A stretch of 60,103 nt of DNA, the filler included. It is 8 parts of 8 records of this genome, joined end to end, with 100 filler letters (N's around TTAATTAATTAA, not from the genome) between each part and the next. Parts side by side here need not be neighbours in the genome. Positions count along the whole stretch, not along the records: positions 29,960 to 37,447 come from SRR31147125_16285; positions 37,548 to 44,604 come from SRR31147125_16298; 6 more parts are not named here. The stretch is one strand, 5' to 3'. Under the pieces are notes generated by a model that worked only from the letters and a program-made list of their open reading frames with translations, ran no database searches and was not told the DNA's origin. Each line of letters starts with the position of its first letter. Position 1 is the stretch's first letter. The position numbers were made by a program, and so were the translations under genes. This document shows, in pieces, positions 30,007-40,815 of the stretch.

Positions 30007-31044
30007 CTAGAAACTACCCTGAATTGAGAATTGCATTACTGAGCCAAGCAAACTACCATAATCACTATAAGAAATATCCAGTCTGCCATTAAAAGGTAGA
30101 TTCATACCATCCAGGTTCATTCCAATGCCGGCGCTTATGCCGCCAGTATCATCCTGGGCGCGCTGAAAAGCATACCCTGTCCGCAAGTCAATCATTTTTA
30201 ACAAAGTGTATTCCAATCCTGCATTGAGATATTCGTCCCTATCCAGGGGATCAACACCTTCGACAGCTAACATCAAACTGTTACCTGAATCATTGCCAAA
30301 TGGAAGCAGCTCAAACAGATTGGCAGCAACACCGATTCGATAAGTTTGCGGTAATTGAAATTCTTCATTTTCATACAACATCTGGCCGGAATAATTTCGG
30401 ATGCTCATTGTCAGTTGAAGGCTTCTGATTCCAGTGTCATAAATGGTTCCAAAATCATAAGCAATGGTGGATTCTTTATTTTCTTTGCCTGTTTCATCGA
30501 CATCATTTGCGATATAGGTGTCATTCACGCCCAATTGTTGCGACACCATTTTAATACCACCACCGATGAAAAATTTGTCCGTCATCTGAGTACCATAGGC
30601 AAGTCCCACTGCAACGCCGCCCACATCTCCGACATCAATATCCGTGTATCCACGGGCATCGGTATCAGAGATGGCTGTGCCGTTAAATTCGCCATAATCT
30701 ATCGCCTGCAGGGTAAGCCCAAAAACACCAAATTTGCCAGCATCGTGAGATAAAGCGACATGGAAAACATTTACATCATCGATCCAGTTGGTGTTGCTGA
30801 GAAAAATAGCAGATCCATCCACAGTGGCCAGTCCGGCAGGATTATAAAACACACTTCCAAGGTCGTTCTTTGCAAAACCAAAAACATTGGCCATAGCAGC
30901 GGCCCTGGCGCTTCCTCCCACTGTGAGAAAACTCATTCCAGCCTGCCCGAGCTTTTTCATGCCTGCTGAAGCCGGAAGTGAGATTAATAAACTAAAGAGT
31001 ATCAAATATAATGCAAAACATTTTTTCATGAGAATTTTCTCCAT
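30007..31044 (-). CDS. PorV/PorQ-family outer-membrane beta-barrel (UPF0164-like)
   Basis: Signal peptide, AGMSFLTVGGSARAAAM, SVFYNPAGLA, C-terminal Phe. Confidence 0.85.
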   Translation of the reverse strand: MEKILMKKCFALYLILFSLLISLPASAGMKKLGQAGMSFLTVGGSARAAAMANVFGFAKNDLGSVFYNPAGLATVDGSAIFLSNTNWIDDVNVFHVALSHDAGKFGVFGLTLQAIDYGEFNGTAISDTDARGYTDIDVGDVGGVAVGLAYGTQMTDKFFIGGGIKMVSQQLGVNDTYIANDVDETGKENKESTIAYDFGTIYDTGIRSLQLTMSIRNYSGQMLYENEEFQLPQTYRIGVAANLFELLPFGNDSGNSLMLAVEGVDPLDRDEYLNAGLEYTLLKMIDLRTGYAFQRAQDDTGGISAGIGMNLDGMNLPFNGRLDISYSDYGSLLGSVMQFSIQGSF

Positions 31045-31094
31045 TTTAAACGTTAAAAGAGGTGCATACGGTGTGATAAATATATTGTCACGCC

Positions 31095-33170
31095 TTAGCG
31101 TATGACAATAAATTTATCCAGATATTCACCCATATCACTTTTAACTGTATAAAGGTATACATCGCTTACAATATATTGATTGAACTCGGTTCGCAAGTTC
31201 CATTCCTCAGTACCGCTACCATCAGTGTGTTCGATTTTGTGCACAATATCACCATTCATCGTGTAAATTGTGATGGTACACTCTGCAGGTAATCCGGTAA
31301 ATAAAACCTGGTCTGGTTCACCGGGAAATGTTTTGCCTGCCATACTGTATGGATTTGGAACGACCCTGATATTATCCATTTCTGATGCATTGGAAATAGA
31401 TGCAGAAGCGGGAGATACACCTGTTGGAGCCCAACCGCTCCAGCAATAAAAACGTCCACTCTCTAATTTCACACCCGGATTTTCCCAATTCTGAGTTCCA
31501 TTATCGTAGGCAACAACATAGTAAAAATATTGAAAACCTGTTGTTACATTCGTATCATAAAACTCATTCTCTGTTCCGTCATACACCAAATGGTAAAGAC
31601 TATCAGAACGACCTATAGCACGGTATACTCTGTAACCCTCAAAATCGAGAGTACCTGTATCAAAATCCGGATCAGTTCGTGGCTCATCGGACCATGATAC
31701 CTTAATTCTCGCTCCATCAGATGCAACCCAGAAATTGGCTGGTGGACGAGGTGCATCAGGTGTATCGTACATGGGTTTTCCGCCTTTATCACCGTTTACA
31801 TTCCAGTTTGCGGCGGATAATGTATTCAAAAGAGAATCCCGGCCGGTTTTTACAAGAGCTTCAATTTCGTCCATAATGGGACCGGTGAAATCCGCTTTTT
31901 TTGCCTCAACACCATATTTAAAACATAATTCCTGGCTAATTCCATTTGCAGCCATAACCTGAATAATATGAACGGCATCACCAAAATTAAGATCATACGG
32001 TCCAAAACACTGGTAAGCGCAGGGGCGTTGAATGGAAGGATCTATGTCACGTGCCGGAATATCCCTTGGAAAATGCACATCCTCCTGGAAGATCGCATTA
32101 TACTGTTCCGGCATGGTCATATAAGTTTTACCAAGATCATTAAAACGTTCTTCAACAACGGATGTAAATTTCGGTTGTGTAGGATCGTTTGTATGGTCCG
32201 TTGCGGATTTATCAGCGTAAAGTGTACCAAAAGCCAGATAAGCGGGTGACAATAATTTAACCCACCGCTCATCCACACTGGGATCTCCCCAATCATTTAT
32301 GCCGTCATCCTTATGGTCACCATCATAAAAAAGAAACATTGGAGTGTTAATGCCTTCGGCAGCCAATGGGGTAATAAATTCTCCCTCAGCATCTCTGGCA
32401 CCAAATGAAAACATATCGCCCATATTGGAGACACGTGCCTGCACATTGGTCTCCCACCAGAAATCCTCTATTGTCTGACCTTCCAGAATATGATCCCACT
32501 CTGTCATGTACCAGTCATCCGGATTAAAGGGCTCATGCCCGTAAATTTTGCCATTGTTTGTGAGCCATGTATCCCGAAGAACATAATCTTCATGAACAGG
32601 CGTGCTGTAAGCATACATCCATTGCACACATTCCACACCCATTGTATAGCGCCATATACTCTTGACAGCTCTTTCTGTAATGAGATCCGGATCCACAGCC
32701 ACATTACCTTTATGAGCTCGCTCAAAATTTTCACCACCATCGATGATAATATTGACGCCATTTACATAAACATTGGGTTGTTCCCATCTTTGATATAAAA
32801 CCATATCAACAGGAAGAACCTGCATCAGGTTTGTCTGATCTTTCCAAAAAGGATCATAGGTATAGTCATGAGTACGGTGTGCACCTGACGTCCAATGTGA
32901 ATAAGTTTTGCCATTTGGACCTGTGAAATTTTTACATCCGGCAACCGTACCAAATTTTTTCACATTCCAACTTTGCCATCTATTGTCAGGATAAAGTCCT
33001 CCGGGCCAGCCTACATTAGAGCTAAAACCCTCTGCTCCATCATTTCCTGCTGTGACCCAGAGTCGTCCGATTCTCATAAACATTTCAGATGTTCCGCCAG
33101 CCATGACGAACTCGGCAGAAAAAGATATAAAGAGAATAAAGAGACTCGCAAAAATCAGTATTTTTTTCAT
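31095..33170 (-). CDS. Secreted protein with FnIII-like domain and T9SS type-A CTD-like tail
   Basis: Signal peptide; PDAPRPP...DFEGYRVYRA...YFYYVVAYD; IRVVPNPY...ITIYTMNG...VYLYTV...KFIVIR. Confidence 0.8.
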   Translation of the reverse strand: MKKILIFASLFILFISFSAEFVMAGGTSEMFMRIGRLWVTAGNDGAEGFSSNVGWPGGLYPDNRWQSWNVKKFGTVAGCKNFTGPNGKTYSHWTSGAHRTHDYTYDPFWKDQTNLMQVLPVDMVLYQRWEQPNVYVNGVNIIIDGGENFERAHKGNVAVDPDLITERAVKSIWRYTMGVECVQWMYAYSTPVHEDYVLRDTWLTNNGKIYGHEPFNPDDWYMTEWDHILEGQTIEDFWWETNVQARVSNMGDMFSFGARDAEGEFITPLAAEGINTPMFLFYDGDHKDDGINDWGDPSVDERWVKLLSPAYLAFGTLYADKSATDHTNDPTQPKFTSVVEERFNDLGKTYMTMPEQYNAIFQEDVHFPRDIPARDIDPSIQRPCAYQCFGPYDLNFGDAVHIIQVMAANGISQELCFKYGVEAKKADFTGPIMDEIEALVKTGRDSLLNTLSAANWNVNGDKGGKPMYDTPDAPRPPANFWVASDGARIKVSWSDEPRTDPDFDTGTLDFEGYRVYRAIGRSDSLYHLVYDGTENEFYDTNVTTGFQYFYYVVAYDNGTQNWENPGVKLESGRFYCWSGWAPTGVSPASASISNASEMDNIRVVPNPYSMAGKTFPGEPDQVLFTGLPAECTITIYTMNGDIVHKIEHTDGSGTEEWNLRTEFNQYIVSDVYLYTVKSDMGEYLDKFIVIR

Positions 33171-33232
33171 AATTTAAACCCTCTTTTTGTTATTTAGTCG
33201 TCAACATAGAACATAGAATCAATAAACGGAAA

Positions 33233-36200
33233 TTAGAATTCAAACTTTATCCCAAATAAAAAGGAGCGGGGATAGTAGAATAATGCGAAATCTTTTTCCG
33301 GTGCAATAGGCGCGCGTGTATTTCCATTGGCATCTGTCCAGTTTTCGGTAAATACATTGTTTCCATTATCATCTTTATATTCACCAACTTTTTTGTCCAA
33401 GCCACCATCATCATCCACAACCTGTGTCAAATACAGATCCAGCTCAGAGCCACTCAATATGCCATAGTTCAATGCGCGGTAATTAAATAGATTGTTTACG
33501 TCCATATATAAACGGAGTTTTACAGAATCCACTATCCTAAGGCGTTTGCTCAACCTGAAGGAGGTTTGATACTTGTTTAACCAGTAATAGATTGTTTTAA
33601 TATCGCGGGTCGGCAGGTTGGATGGATTATACATGACCCTCGTACCTTTTGACCAGGTTTGATTAATAGAAAGTTCCCAATCGCCTTTCAGGTTCCCCCA
33701 CTCTGTCGGTGTATGGAAATTAAAATTAGCGATAAAGCTGGGCACGGATTGAGGCTGCTGTTTTAAAGCACTATATAATGTGTAGGCAAGCAAAGGATCC
33801 TGAAAATACTCTGAAAGGCCATAATTACCTGAGGTGCTGATGCGATAATCCATATTGGCCCAACCAGAGAAAAATCGTCCATATCGTTTGGTGACTTTGA
33901 CTTCGATACCACGGACATCCTGATAATTATTGTTTCGATAGGTCGTGTAATCAGCCTGGCCTTTACCCAATCCTTCCTGATTGGAAAAATATCCAACCAT
34001 CATGGATTCCCGTGTGCTGCTAACGTGGGTACCGGATATCTGGTTCGTATTGTCTTTTGAGTAAAAATAGGCATGAACCAGATACTGATCGGCAATACTC
34101 TGCTCAAAGCCAACTTCATAAGAAGAAGTTTTTGCAGGTTCCAGATTTGGATAACCAACCGTTCTGGTACGGCTTTGATAATGGCCAAATTCATGTTGTG
34201 TGAATTTTATACCATAGCGCTGTAAATTTGTCGGTTCACTATAATAGATACCATAATTAAAAAAGAATTTTGTATTTTCACGCACCGGGTGAGAAAAGGA
34301 CAATCGTGGTGCTAACAATGTATAAGATTTACTTCCTTCTTTTGGCAATTCATCAGGACTATCATAACCTGTTGTTCCGCCTGTTCCCCAAAAAGGTGAA
34401 TAAAGGTAGCCAGCATCGTAAAGGTCACCATTGGCACTAAAATGATCGATGCGTAATCCGATATTGGCAACCAGACCGCCATGCTCGATCTTGTCCTGAA
34501 TATACCCACCCATATAAGTCGGCTTTTCGTCATACTCCAGGTAATTGCCGGCAGGGTCACCGAGAACTGTTTCATTACCGCGGACATACATATCCTTTAT
34601 CACATGATCCATGCCATATACAAAGCCCGCTTTGATCAAATGTTGCGTGTTAATCTGGCTTGTTATATCAAAGTTGAGCAAATGACTGACAACGGATGAT
34701 GTATCCTCAATCTGAGCACCACCGTAAAAATCATATGTACCAGTCAGGTCAGTGCCACCGGTTCCAAAGAGGGCCCATCCATTAGGCTCTTCATTAAAAC
34801 CAACACCACCAATGGTTGTCACAATTTTATCCAAATCCCGGCTGGGTGGCCTTCCTGCCTCGGATTCTGTGCTAAAATTATTATATTTAATTTCATAGAA
34901 TGTTGAAGGACTTAGGGTGTGCGTCATTTTAAACCCGATCTGCTTTGTGTACACATCCAGCAAATCCTGTGCACCCAAGTAATATTTATCCCTTCCCAGT
35001 GCAGAACCAATAATATCTGCTCCATAATCCATAGCGCTGGCGGCACCCCAATCTCTTCCATTACTTGTGGTCTCTGTTTTACCATAAAGACCACTTACAA
35101 ATACCTTAATGGCATTGGTCGGTCGGAAATGGACTTTTCCCTCCAAAGACAGTATTTTATTATTGTCCCTAACAGAAGCAAGGATAGGAGTGGTCTGGTT
35201 GTATTTTAAACCAACCAGGAATCCGGCATTTTTGACACCCAAAGGTCCACCAAAGCCCAGATCAACATAATGATCAGGCTCTTCAGTATATTCTATGGGA
35301 CGATGGCGCCATTTCCATACATCCATTAATTGCTGTGCTGTCCAGTCACTTTTTCCCAAATAGCCTTCAGCATTTTTGGCCTCAGCCACAGCGTTCCAGC
35401 CTGCAAAAATGGGAATTCCTTCAACATCCGTCAGCTCATTAAAAGAAGCGGCACTGGTATAGGTTTTCCAGTCATATTGATCAGCACCGTAGGCATTTGG
35501 TCCGAAATGTTTTTGATGCGCAGGTCCAAAACGATAGTCTATCGATCCAAAAAATTTATCTCCACCCTCTTTAGTGACAACATTAAAAACACCGGAACGA
35601 ATATTACTATATTCTGCGTTAAAACCACCTGACAGTACCTGAACCTCTGAAACCAGAGCCGAGTTTGTCGGTACGTAAACTTTACTGTTCAGTTTGTCTT
35701 TTCTCTCCATACCATCAACCTGGAAACTAATCTGGTCATTACCACCACCTCTGACTGAGACTGTCATTTGTTCTGTTGCCACATCGATACCTGGCTCCAG
35801 ACTGACAGCGTTCATAATATCAGCCACTGGCATAACCTCAGCAATCTCGGTTGTCATAATATTTTGGCTGGCAGCAACATCTTTTTGAACAAGCGGTCTT
35901 TCAGCGACAACAACAACTTCCTCACCAAATTCCATCACTTTTGTCGAAAGACCAACACTCGCCTCTGTTGTGATATCAGCATTAACGCGTACACCTTTTT
36001 GAAGGACTGTACTATATCCCATCATGGTTATTCTAATTGAATAATCTCCAGGCGGGATATTAAGGATAAAATATTCTCCATCAACATTGGTCGCCGCACC
36101 CATATTAGTACCAACGATAGTCACGTTTGCACCGGGCAAAGCCTCCTGTGTATCCGAGTCCGTTATTTTACCCGCTATTTTACCGGTTGTACCAGCGAAT

Positions 36201-36268
36201 AACATACCAGGTATCGAAATACACACGATCAATACTAAAACATAGTTAAAAAGTGATCTGTTAAACAT
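33233..36268 (-). CDS. TonB-dependent receptor
   Basis: Signal peptide, GTTGKIAGKITD carboxypeptidase-regulatory-like domain, plug (VRGG...GGFNAEY), C-terminal PRSFLFGIKFEF. Confidence 0.92.
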   Translation of the reverse strand: MFNRSLFNYVLVLIVCISIPGMLFAGTTGKIAGKITDSDTQEALPGANVTIVGTNMGAATNVDGEYFILNIPPGDYSIRITMMGYSTVLQKGVRVNADITTEASVGLSTKVMEFGEEVVVVAERPLVQKDVAASQNIMTTEIAEVMPVADIMNAVSLEPGIDVATEQMTVSVRGGGNDQISFQVDGMERKDKLNSKVYVPTNSALVSEVQVLSGGFNAEYSNIRSGVFNVVTKEGGDKFFGSIDYRFGPAHQKHFGPNAYGADQYDWKTYTSAASFNELTDVEGIPIFAGWNAVAEAKNAEGYLGKSDWTAQQLMDVWKWRHRPIEYTEEPDHYVDLGFGGPLGVKNAGFLVGLKYNQTTPILASVRDNNKILSLEGKVHFRPTNAIKVFVSGLYGKTETTSNGRDWGAASAMDYGADIIGSALGRDKYYLGAQDLLDVYTKQIGFKMTHTLSPSTFYEIKYNNFSTESEAGRPPSRDLDKIVTTIGGVGFNEEPNGWALFGTGGTDLTGTYDFYGGAQIEDTSSVVSHLLNFDITSQINTQHLIKAGFVYGMDHVIKDMYVRGNETVLGDPAGNYLEYDEKPTYMGGYIQDKIEHGGLVANIGLRIDHFSANGDLYDAGYLYSPFWGTGGTTGYDSPDELPKEGSKSYTLLAPRLSFSHPVRENTKFFFNYGIYYSEPTNLQRYGIKFTQHEFGHYQSRTRTVGYPNLEPAKTSSYEVGFEQSIADQYLVHAYFYSKDNTNQISGTHVSSTRESMMVGYFSNQEGLGKGQADYTTYRNNNYQDVRGIEVKVTKRYGRFFSGWANMDYRISTSGNYGLSEYFQDPLLAYTLYSALKQQPQSVPSFIANFNFHTPTEWGNLKGDWELSINQTWSKGTRVMYNPSNLPTRDIKTIYYWLNKYQTSFRLSKRLRIVDSVKLRLYMDVNNLFNYRALNYGILSGSELDLYLTQVVDDDGGLDKKVGEYKDDNGNNVFTENWTDANGNTRAPIAPEKDFALFYYPRSFLFGIKFEF

Positions 36269-36550
36269 ATCCTAACCTCCATATTGCTTTTTTATTAAAT
36301 TATAACATGGATTTACGGTTCTGCTAATATTCTGCCTGAGACCTCCTTTCTCTCAAAATGATTCATTATTCTCAAACAAAAACAGATTCCTCTCATCACC
36401 TCCTTATACTTTATACTTTTGGTTTATGAATATATTGTCTTCATAATTTTTAAAAAATATCTCTACAATTTTTGAACTCATTTCAGGATTAAGATTATTT
36501 ATATTTTACAAACAAAACATTTAATTATTACAAAATTAAGGTTAAAGTAC

Positions 36551-36594
36551 AAGCCCCTCTCCCTCATGTGGCAAGAGGGGCTTTTGGGTAGAGG
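36551..36594. repeat. REP-like GC-rich hairpin (CCCTCTCCC...GAGGGG type)
   Basis: AAGCCCCTCT/AGAGGGGCTT 10-bp stem in an AT-rich intergenic region. Confidence 0.55.
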
Positions 36595-36748
36595 AGGAGG
36601 TAACACAAAAAACGCAATACAGGATAACAACCTAAACCTAACCGATTACACAAAGTTGTTATCAATTTTTAATCTTTAAATTATATTTTATAGTTTGACT
36701 TGAAAAAATTTCGGTTTTTCATCCTGCAAATAACAAATGATGTCCATT

Positions 36749-37162
36749 TTAAACAAATTCCTGCGGATCCGCAGCCACAGTGTGAGGCCCATCGCTTGCA
36801 TTGGGCCATTTACCTTCATTGTATAAACATGGGAAAAATCCGATCTTGTTCGCATACTGAAGGGTGCTATCCACCGCGTTCCACCAACCGCCTGAGAAAT
36901 AAGGTGATTCGCTTTGATCAATACCAGCTCGGGCATGTATAAACGCATCATAGACACCTTTCTCAACCATCTGATCCATCTGCCAAATTAACCGATCCGA
37001 TTCTAAGGTGCCATTCAAAGACCAAAAAACAGGCATACTATATTCATGTAGGGGATATTTAAACTGTTTTACTAACATGCCATCATATGTACATAAATTC
37101 TGGCAATTAATTATGCAAAATAAGAATACTAATAGGGGAGCAGTTACAACATTTATACGCAT
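36749..37162 (-). pseudogene. Truncated glycoside hydrolase N-terminal fragment (GH106-like)
   Basis: PVFWSLNG...FIHARAG...YFSGGWW...LYNEGKWP, then stop at about 137 aa with no continuation. Confidence 0.6.
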
Positions 37163-37548
37163 CAAATAATATCCTGTTAACCTGTTATTGTTACATCATT
37201 GCTTGACATCAAAAATTCAGTTCGGAAAATGACAAAATTGAACGGAATAACAATCATAATTTCATTCATTCTTTCAATAACGAATCTAATACACAAAAAA
37301 AAATATTGTAACAGGAAACAAATGGCATGATACCACTCCTTTCCTATAAAACATTCTTATCAAAGCAATTTTTAGTAAATTTACTACAACCTAACAGACA
37401 CCATTATAACTATTGATAGCGTTGATGTGTCGCTTTTATCTAAAAAANNNNNNNNNNNNNNNNNNNNNNNNNNNNNNNNNNNNNNNNNNNNTTAATTAAT
37501 TAANNNNNNNNNNNNNNNNNNNNNNNNNNNNNNNNNNNNNNNNNNNNC

Positions 37549-38169
37549 CGCGCACGCTGGCAGGCTGGCGACATTAAGTACAACGACCTGAATGGTGACG
37601 AAGAAATTAACTGGGGAGATAATACTGTAGAAAATCCTGGCGACCAAAAAGTAATTGGTAACAACAGGGCACGCTACAACTATAGCATTTCAGCAGGTTT
37701 TAACTGGAAAGGTTTCGATTTTAACATGTTTTGGCAAGGTATAGGTAAAAGAGATTGGTTGTTCTCGCAATATACCAATGTATTTTACGGATTCAGAGGT
37801 AACAAATGGCAAAACAGTTATATGGATGAGCACATGGATTACTGGACACCCGAAAATACAGATGCCTACTATCCGCGTCCGTACATGGGAGGTGAACACC
37901 TGAAAAATACCAAGTCACAAACAAAATTCCTGCAAAATGCGGCTTATCTAAGGTTGAAAAATGTACAGTTGGGTTATACCATTCCGTCTTCATTAACCGA
38001 AAAGATTAACTTATCGAAAGTGCGTATTTATACTACCGGCGAAAACTTATTGACGTTTACAAAAATGACCGACCTGTTTGATCCGGAAGCTCTTGGTGGA
38101 GCATGGGGTGGTGGAAAAATCTATCCTTTGCCTAAGGTTATTTCAATGGGTGTTAATGTAACATTTTAA
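37549..38169 (+). CDS. SusC-family TonB-dependent transporter, C-terminal part
   Basis: AGDIKYNDLNGD, WKGFDF, AYLRLKNVQLGY, DPE, YPLPKVISMGVNVTF. Confidence 0.93.
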   Translation, partial: RARWQAGDIKYNDLNGDEEINWGDNTVENPGDQKVIGNNRARYNYSISAGFNWKGFDFNMFWQGIGKRDWLFSQYTNVFYGFRGNKWQNSYMDEHMDYWTPENTDAYYPRPYMGGEHLKNTKSQTKFLQNAAYLRLKNVQLGYTIPSSLTEKINLSKVRIYTTGENLLTFTKMTDLFDPEALGGAWGGGKIYPLPKVISMGVNVTF

Positions 38170-38188
38170 ACTTTAAAAGAATTTAATT

Positions 38189-39919
38189 ATGAGATTTAAA
38201 AATATTTCATTATCGATATTAACCTTGCTGTTTTTGTTAACAGCATGCGAAAAAGATTTACTCGACAGGTTGCCTCAAGATGCAATTTCATCAGATGATT
38301 ACTGGTCGACAGCAAACGATTTAAAATTATTTGTAAACCAGTTTTATACCAGCTTCTCCGACGGAGGCTCGTGGAGCGGTGGTATTTTTTGGTTGGACAC
38401 CGGAACCGACGATATGCTGCACAATAGCTACAGCGACAGGATTGCAGGTTTAAGTACTGTACCAAGTTCGGGTGGATTCGATTACAGTAAAATAAGAAGC
38501 GTTAACTTTTTCCTCGAAAACTACCAGAACGTTAGCGGCGATCCATCGTCGTATAACCAATATGTTGGCGAAGCTTATTTCTTTAGAGCTTATTTTTATG
38601 CAGATTTACTAAACAGCTACGGTGGTGTGCCCTGGATTGACAAAACTATGCAGGTAGATTCGGAAGAATTATATGCAGCAAGAGCATCGAGAAAAACAAT
38701 TGCTGAAAATATTTTGGCCGACCTCGATAAAGCAATTGAGCTTATGGCATCCGGACCGAACGAAAGTGGCAACCGCTTAAACAAAGAAATTGCCATGCTT
38801 TTTAAGTCGCGTGTGGCATTGTACGAAGGTACCTGGGAGAAATACCACCAGGGAACAGTTTTTGGTGTTGATGGCTCGGATGGAGCAGCATTTTTGCAAG
38901 TTGCAGCATCGGCAGCCGAGCAATTAATCGATTTAGGAACTTACAGTGTTTTTGGTACGGGCGATACCAAATGGGACTACTGGCACCTATTTAATGCACC
39001 ATATAGTTTCGATGGTAATTCGGAAGTAATGTTATGGAAAAAATACGATGCCGGTTTGGGTATGACACACAACCACCAGCGTTATTTGCCTCGTATTGGA
39101 GGCGGACGCGGTGTAACCAGTACTTTAATTGGCGATTATTTGTGTAACGATGGAAAACCAATTGCCGGAAATTCATTGTACCTGGGCGATAAAACCATTG
39201 AAGAAGTTATTGCCAACCGCGACCCACGTATTTTCCAAACCATATTTACCCCGGGCTGGCCAATGGAAATTGTAGGAACAGATACTACCCGTGTGTTCGA
39301 ACGTAGCCATTTGTATGCATCGGGAGAATCGAAATGTCCTACAGCCTTTCAAATTAATAAAGGTGCTTTGCCCGATCCTGAACAGTATTACACAGGTGGT
39401 GTAGGAGTAAATCCTTCAATTATTTTCAGGTATGCCGAGGCCTTGCTAAACTTTGCCGAAGCAAAAGCCGAGCTGGGTACTTTAACGCAAGCCGATGTAG
39501 ACAAGTCGATTAAATTATTGCGCGACAGAGTAGGAATGCCTAACCTCGATATTAATAACATTGATAGCGACCCGAATTGGTTATTCCCTACATTAAGTCC
39601 GGTAATTAATGAAATTCGCCGCGAACGCCATATCGAACTAGCTGTTGAAGGTTACCGTTGGGATGATTTATGCCGTTGGAGAGCGCACGAACTGTTTGTT
39701 GGAAAACAGCCTAAAGGTGCTTATTTTATACCCGAATTGTATCCTGAGCTTACAATTGGAACAGATGTATTCTTAGATGAAAACGGTTACATCGATCCAT
39801 ACCAGAAATCACTTCCAAATGGTTATGGCTTCAATCCGGGCAGAGATTATTTGAGTCCAATTTCAACAGAACAACTTACTTTAAATACTAATTTGGAACA
39901 AAATCCAGGTTGGGAATAA
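38189..39919 (+). CDS. SusD/RagB-family lipoprotein
   Basis: Lipobox LTAC, GEAYFFRAYFY, RYAEALLNFAEA, EIRRERHIELAVEGYRWDD, QNPGW. Confidence 0.95.
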   Translation: MRFKNISLSILTLLFLLTACEKDLLDRLPQDAISSDDYWSTANDLKLFVNQFYTSFSDGGSWSGGIFWLDTGTDDMLHNSYSDRIAGLSTVPSSGGFDYSKIRSVNFFLENYQNVSGDPSSYNQYVGEAYFFRAYFYADLLNSYGGVPWIDKTMQVDSEELYAARASRKTIAENILADLDKAIELMASGPNESGNRLNKEIAMLFKSRVALYEGTWEKYHQGTVFGVDGSDGAAFLQVAASAAEQLIDLGTYSVFGTGDTKWDYWHLFNAPYSFDGNSEVMLWKKYDAGLGMTHNHQRYLPRIGGGRGVTSTLIGDYLCNDGKPIAGNSLYLGDKTIEEVIANRDPRIFQTIFTPGWPMEIVGTDTTRVFERSHLYASGESKCPTAFQINKGALPDPEQYYTGGVGVNPSIIFRYAEALLNFAEAKAELGTLTQADVDKSIKLLRDRVGMPNLDINNIDSDPNWLFPTLSPVINEIRRERHIELAVEGYRWDDLCRWRAHELFVGKQPKGAYFIPELYPELTIGTDVFLDENGYIDPYQKSLPNGYGFNPGRDYLSPISTEQLTLNTNLEQNPGWE

Positions 39920-39949
39920 ACTTTCTTAAGTTTTTCGTATAGACAGAAA

Positions 39950-39993
39950 GCTTTGGTTGTGGTGTTCCCTATGGGGGACACTGCTTCCAAAGC
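39950..39993 (+). terminator. Long stem-loop after susD (attenuator or stabiliser; no U-tract)
   Basis: GCTTTGG/CCAAAGC and GTGGTGTTCCC/GGGACACTGC pairing. Confidence 0.6.
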
Positions 39994-40010
39994 ATTGTAA
40001 TCAGTAACCA

Positions 40011-40682
40011 ATGAAACAAATTGTATCCATCATTCTTATTGTATTTTCCGGAATAACGATAAATGCCCAAACCTTTAAATTAAAAGCTATTGTAGCTGAT
40101 AATAATGGAAATCCTTTGAAAAATATTTATGTTACTACCTCGGGCAATATAAACAAACACCGCTCTACAAATTATAAAGGACTTTTTACCATTAAAACAT
40201 TTATTGGCGATACTTTATTAATGATTGATGCCGATGAAATTATCTATTCAATACCCGTAGAAAACCAACAGAACAAAAAATTTATACTGGCTGAAAAGAA
40301 TACCGAAATCAATTCAGAAGGGCAATTGTTGCAAAAGCTGGAAAACATAGAAAAGGAAAAATACAAAAGCATTATACAGGCCTTTAAAACAGAGAATCCT
40401 CAATTATATTATACCTCAATTTTCGACATGATAAAAGCTGAATATCCCGATTTACAAGTTGATGAAGGCTCGGGAAATATTACAATCAGGGGGTTAAACT
40501 CTTTGAGCAATCAAGCATATGCTTTAGTCGTTGTCGATGGTGTAAAAGGAATGGATTTTCGAGGCTTAAATCCCTCAGATGTGGAATCGATAAAAGTTAT
40601 AAAAGATGCAACAGCAGGAATTTATGGAGGTCGAGCCACCGGGGGAGTAATCGAAATAAAAACGAAACGGTCTGAAAAATAA
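40011..40682 (+). CDS. Barrel-less TonB plug-domain protein
   Basis: Signal peptide; ITIRGLNS...LVVVDG...LNPSDVESIKVIKD...IYGGRATGGVIEIKTK, then stop. Confidence 0.85.
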   Translation: MKQIVSIILIVFSGITINAQTFKLKAIVADNNGNPLKNIYVTTSGNINKHRSTNYKGLFTIKTFIGDTLLMIDADEIIYSIPVENQQNKKFILAEKNTEINSEGQLLQKLENIEKEKYKSIIQAFKTENPQLYYTSIFDMIKAEYPDLQVDEGSGNITIRGLNSLSNQAYALVVVDGVKGMDFRGLNPSDVESIKVIKDATAGIYGGRATGGVIEIKTKRSEK

Positions 40683-40725
40683 CAATCGCAGTAAATTATT
40701 CCCGATTGTATTTAGTTTGGTTAGT

Positions 40726-40753
40726 AAGAGGGAGGTTGCTCCCTCTTCTTTTA
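40726..40753 (+). terminator. Intrinsic terminator
   Basis: AAGAGGGAG-GTTG-CTCCCTCTT followed by a T-tract. Confidence 0.75.
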
Positions 40754-40815
40754 TAACTTAAAGAGATTGGTTAATTTGCAAACGAACAACTTTAATAACT
40801 AATTAAACCATAAAA

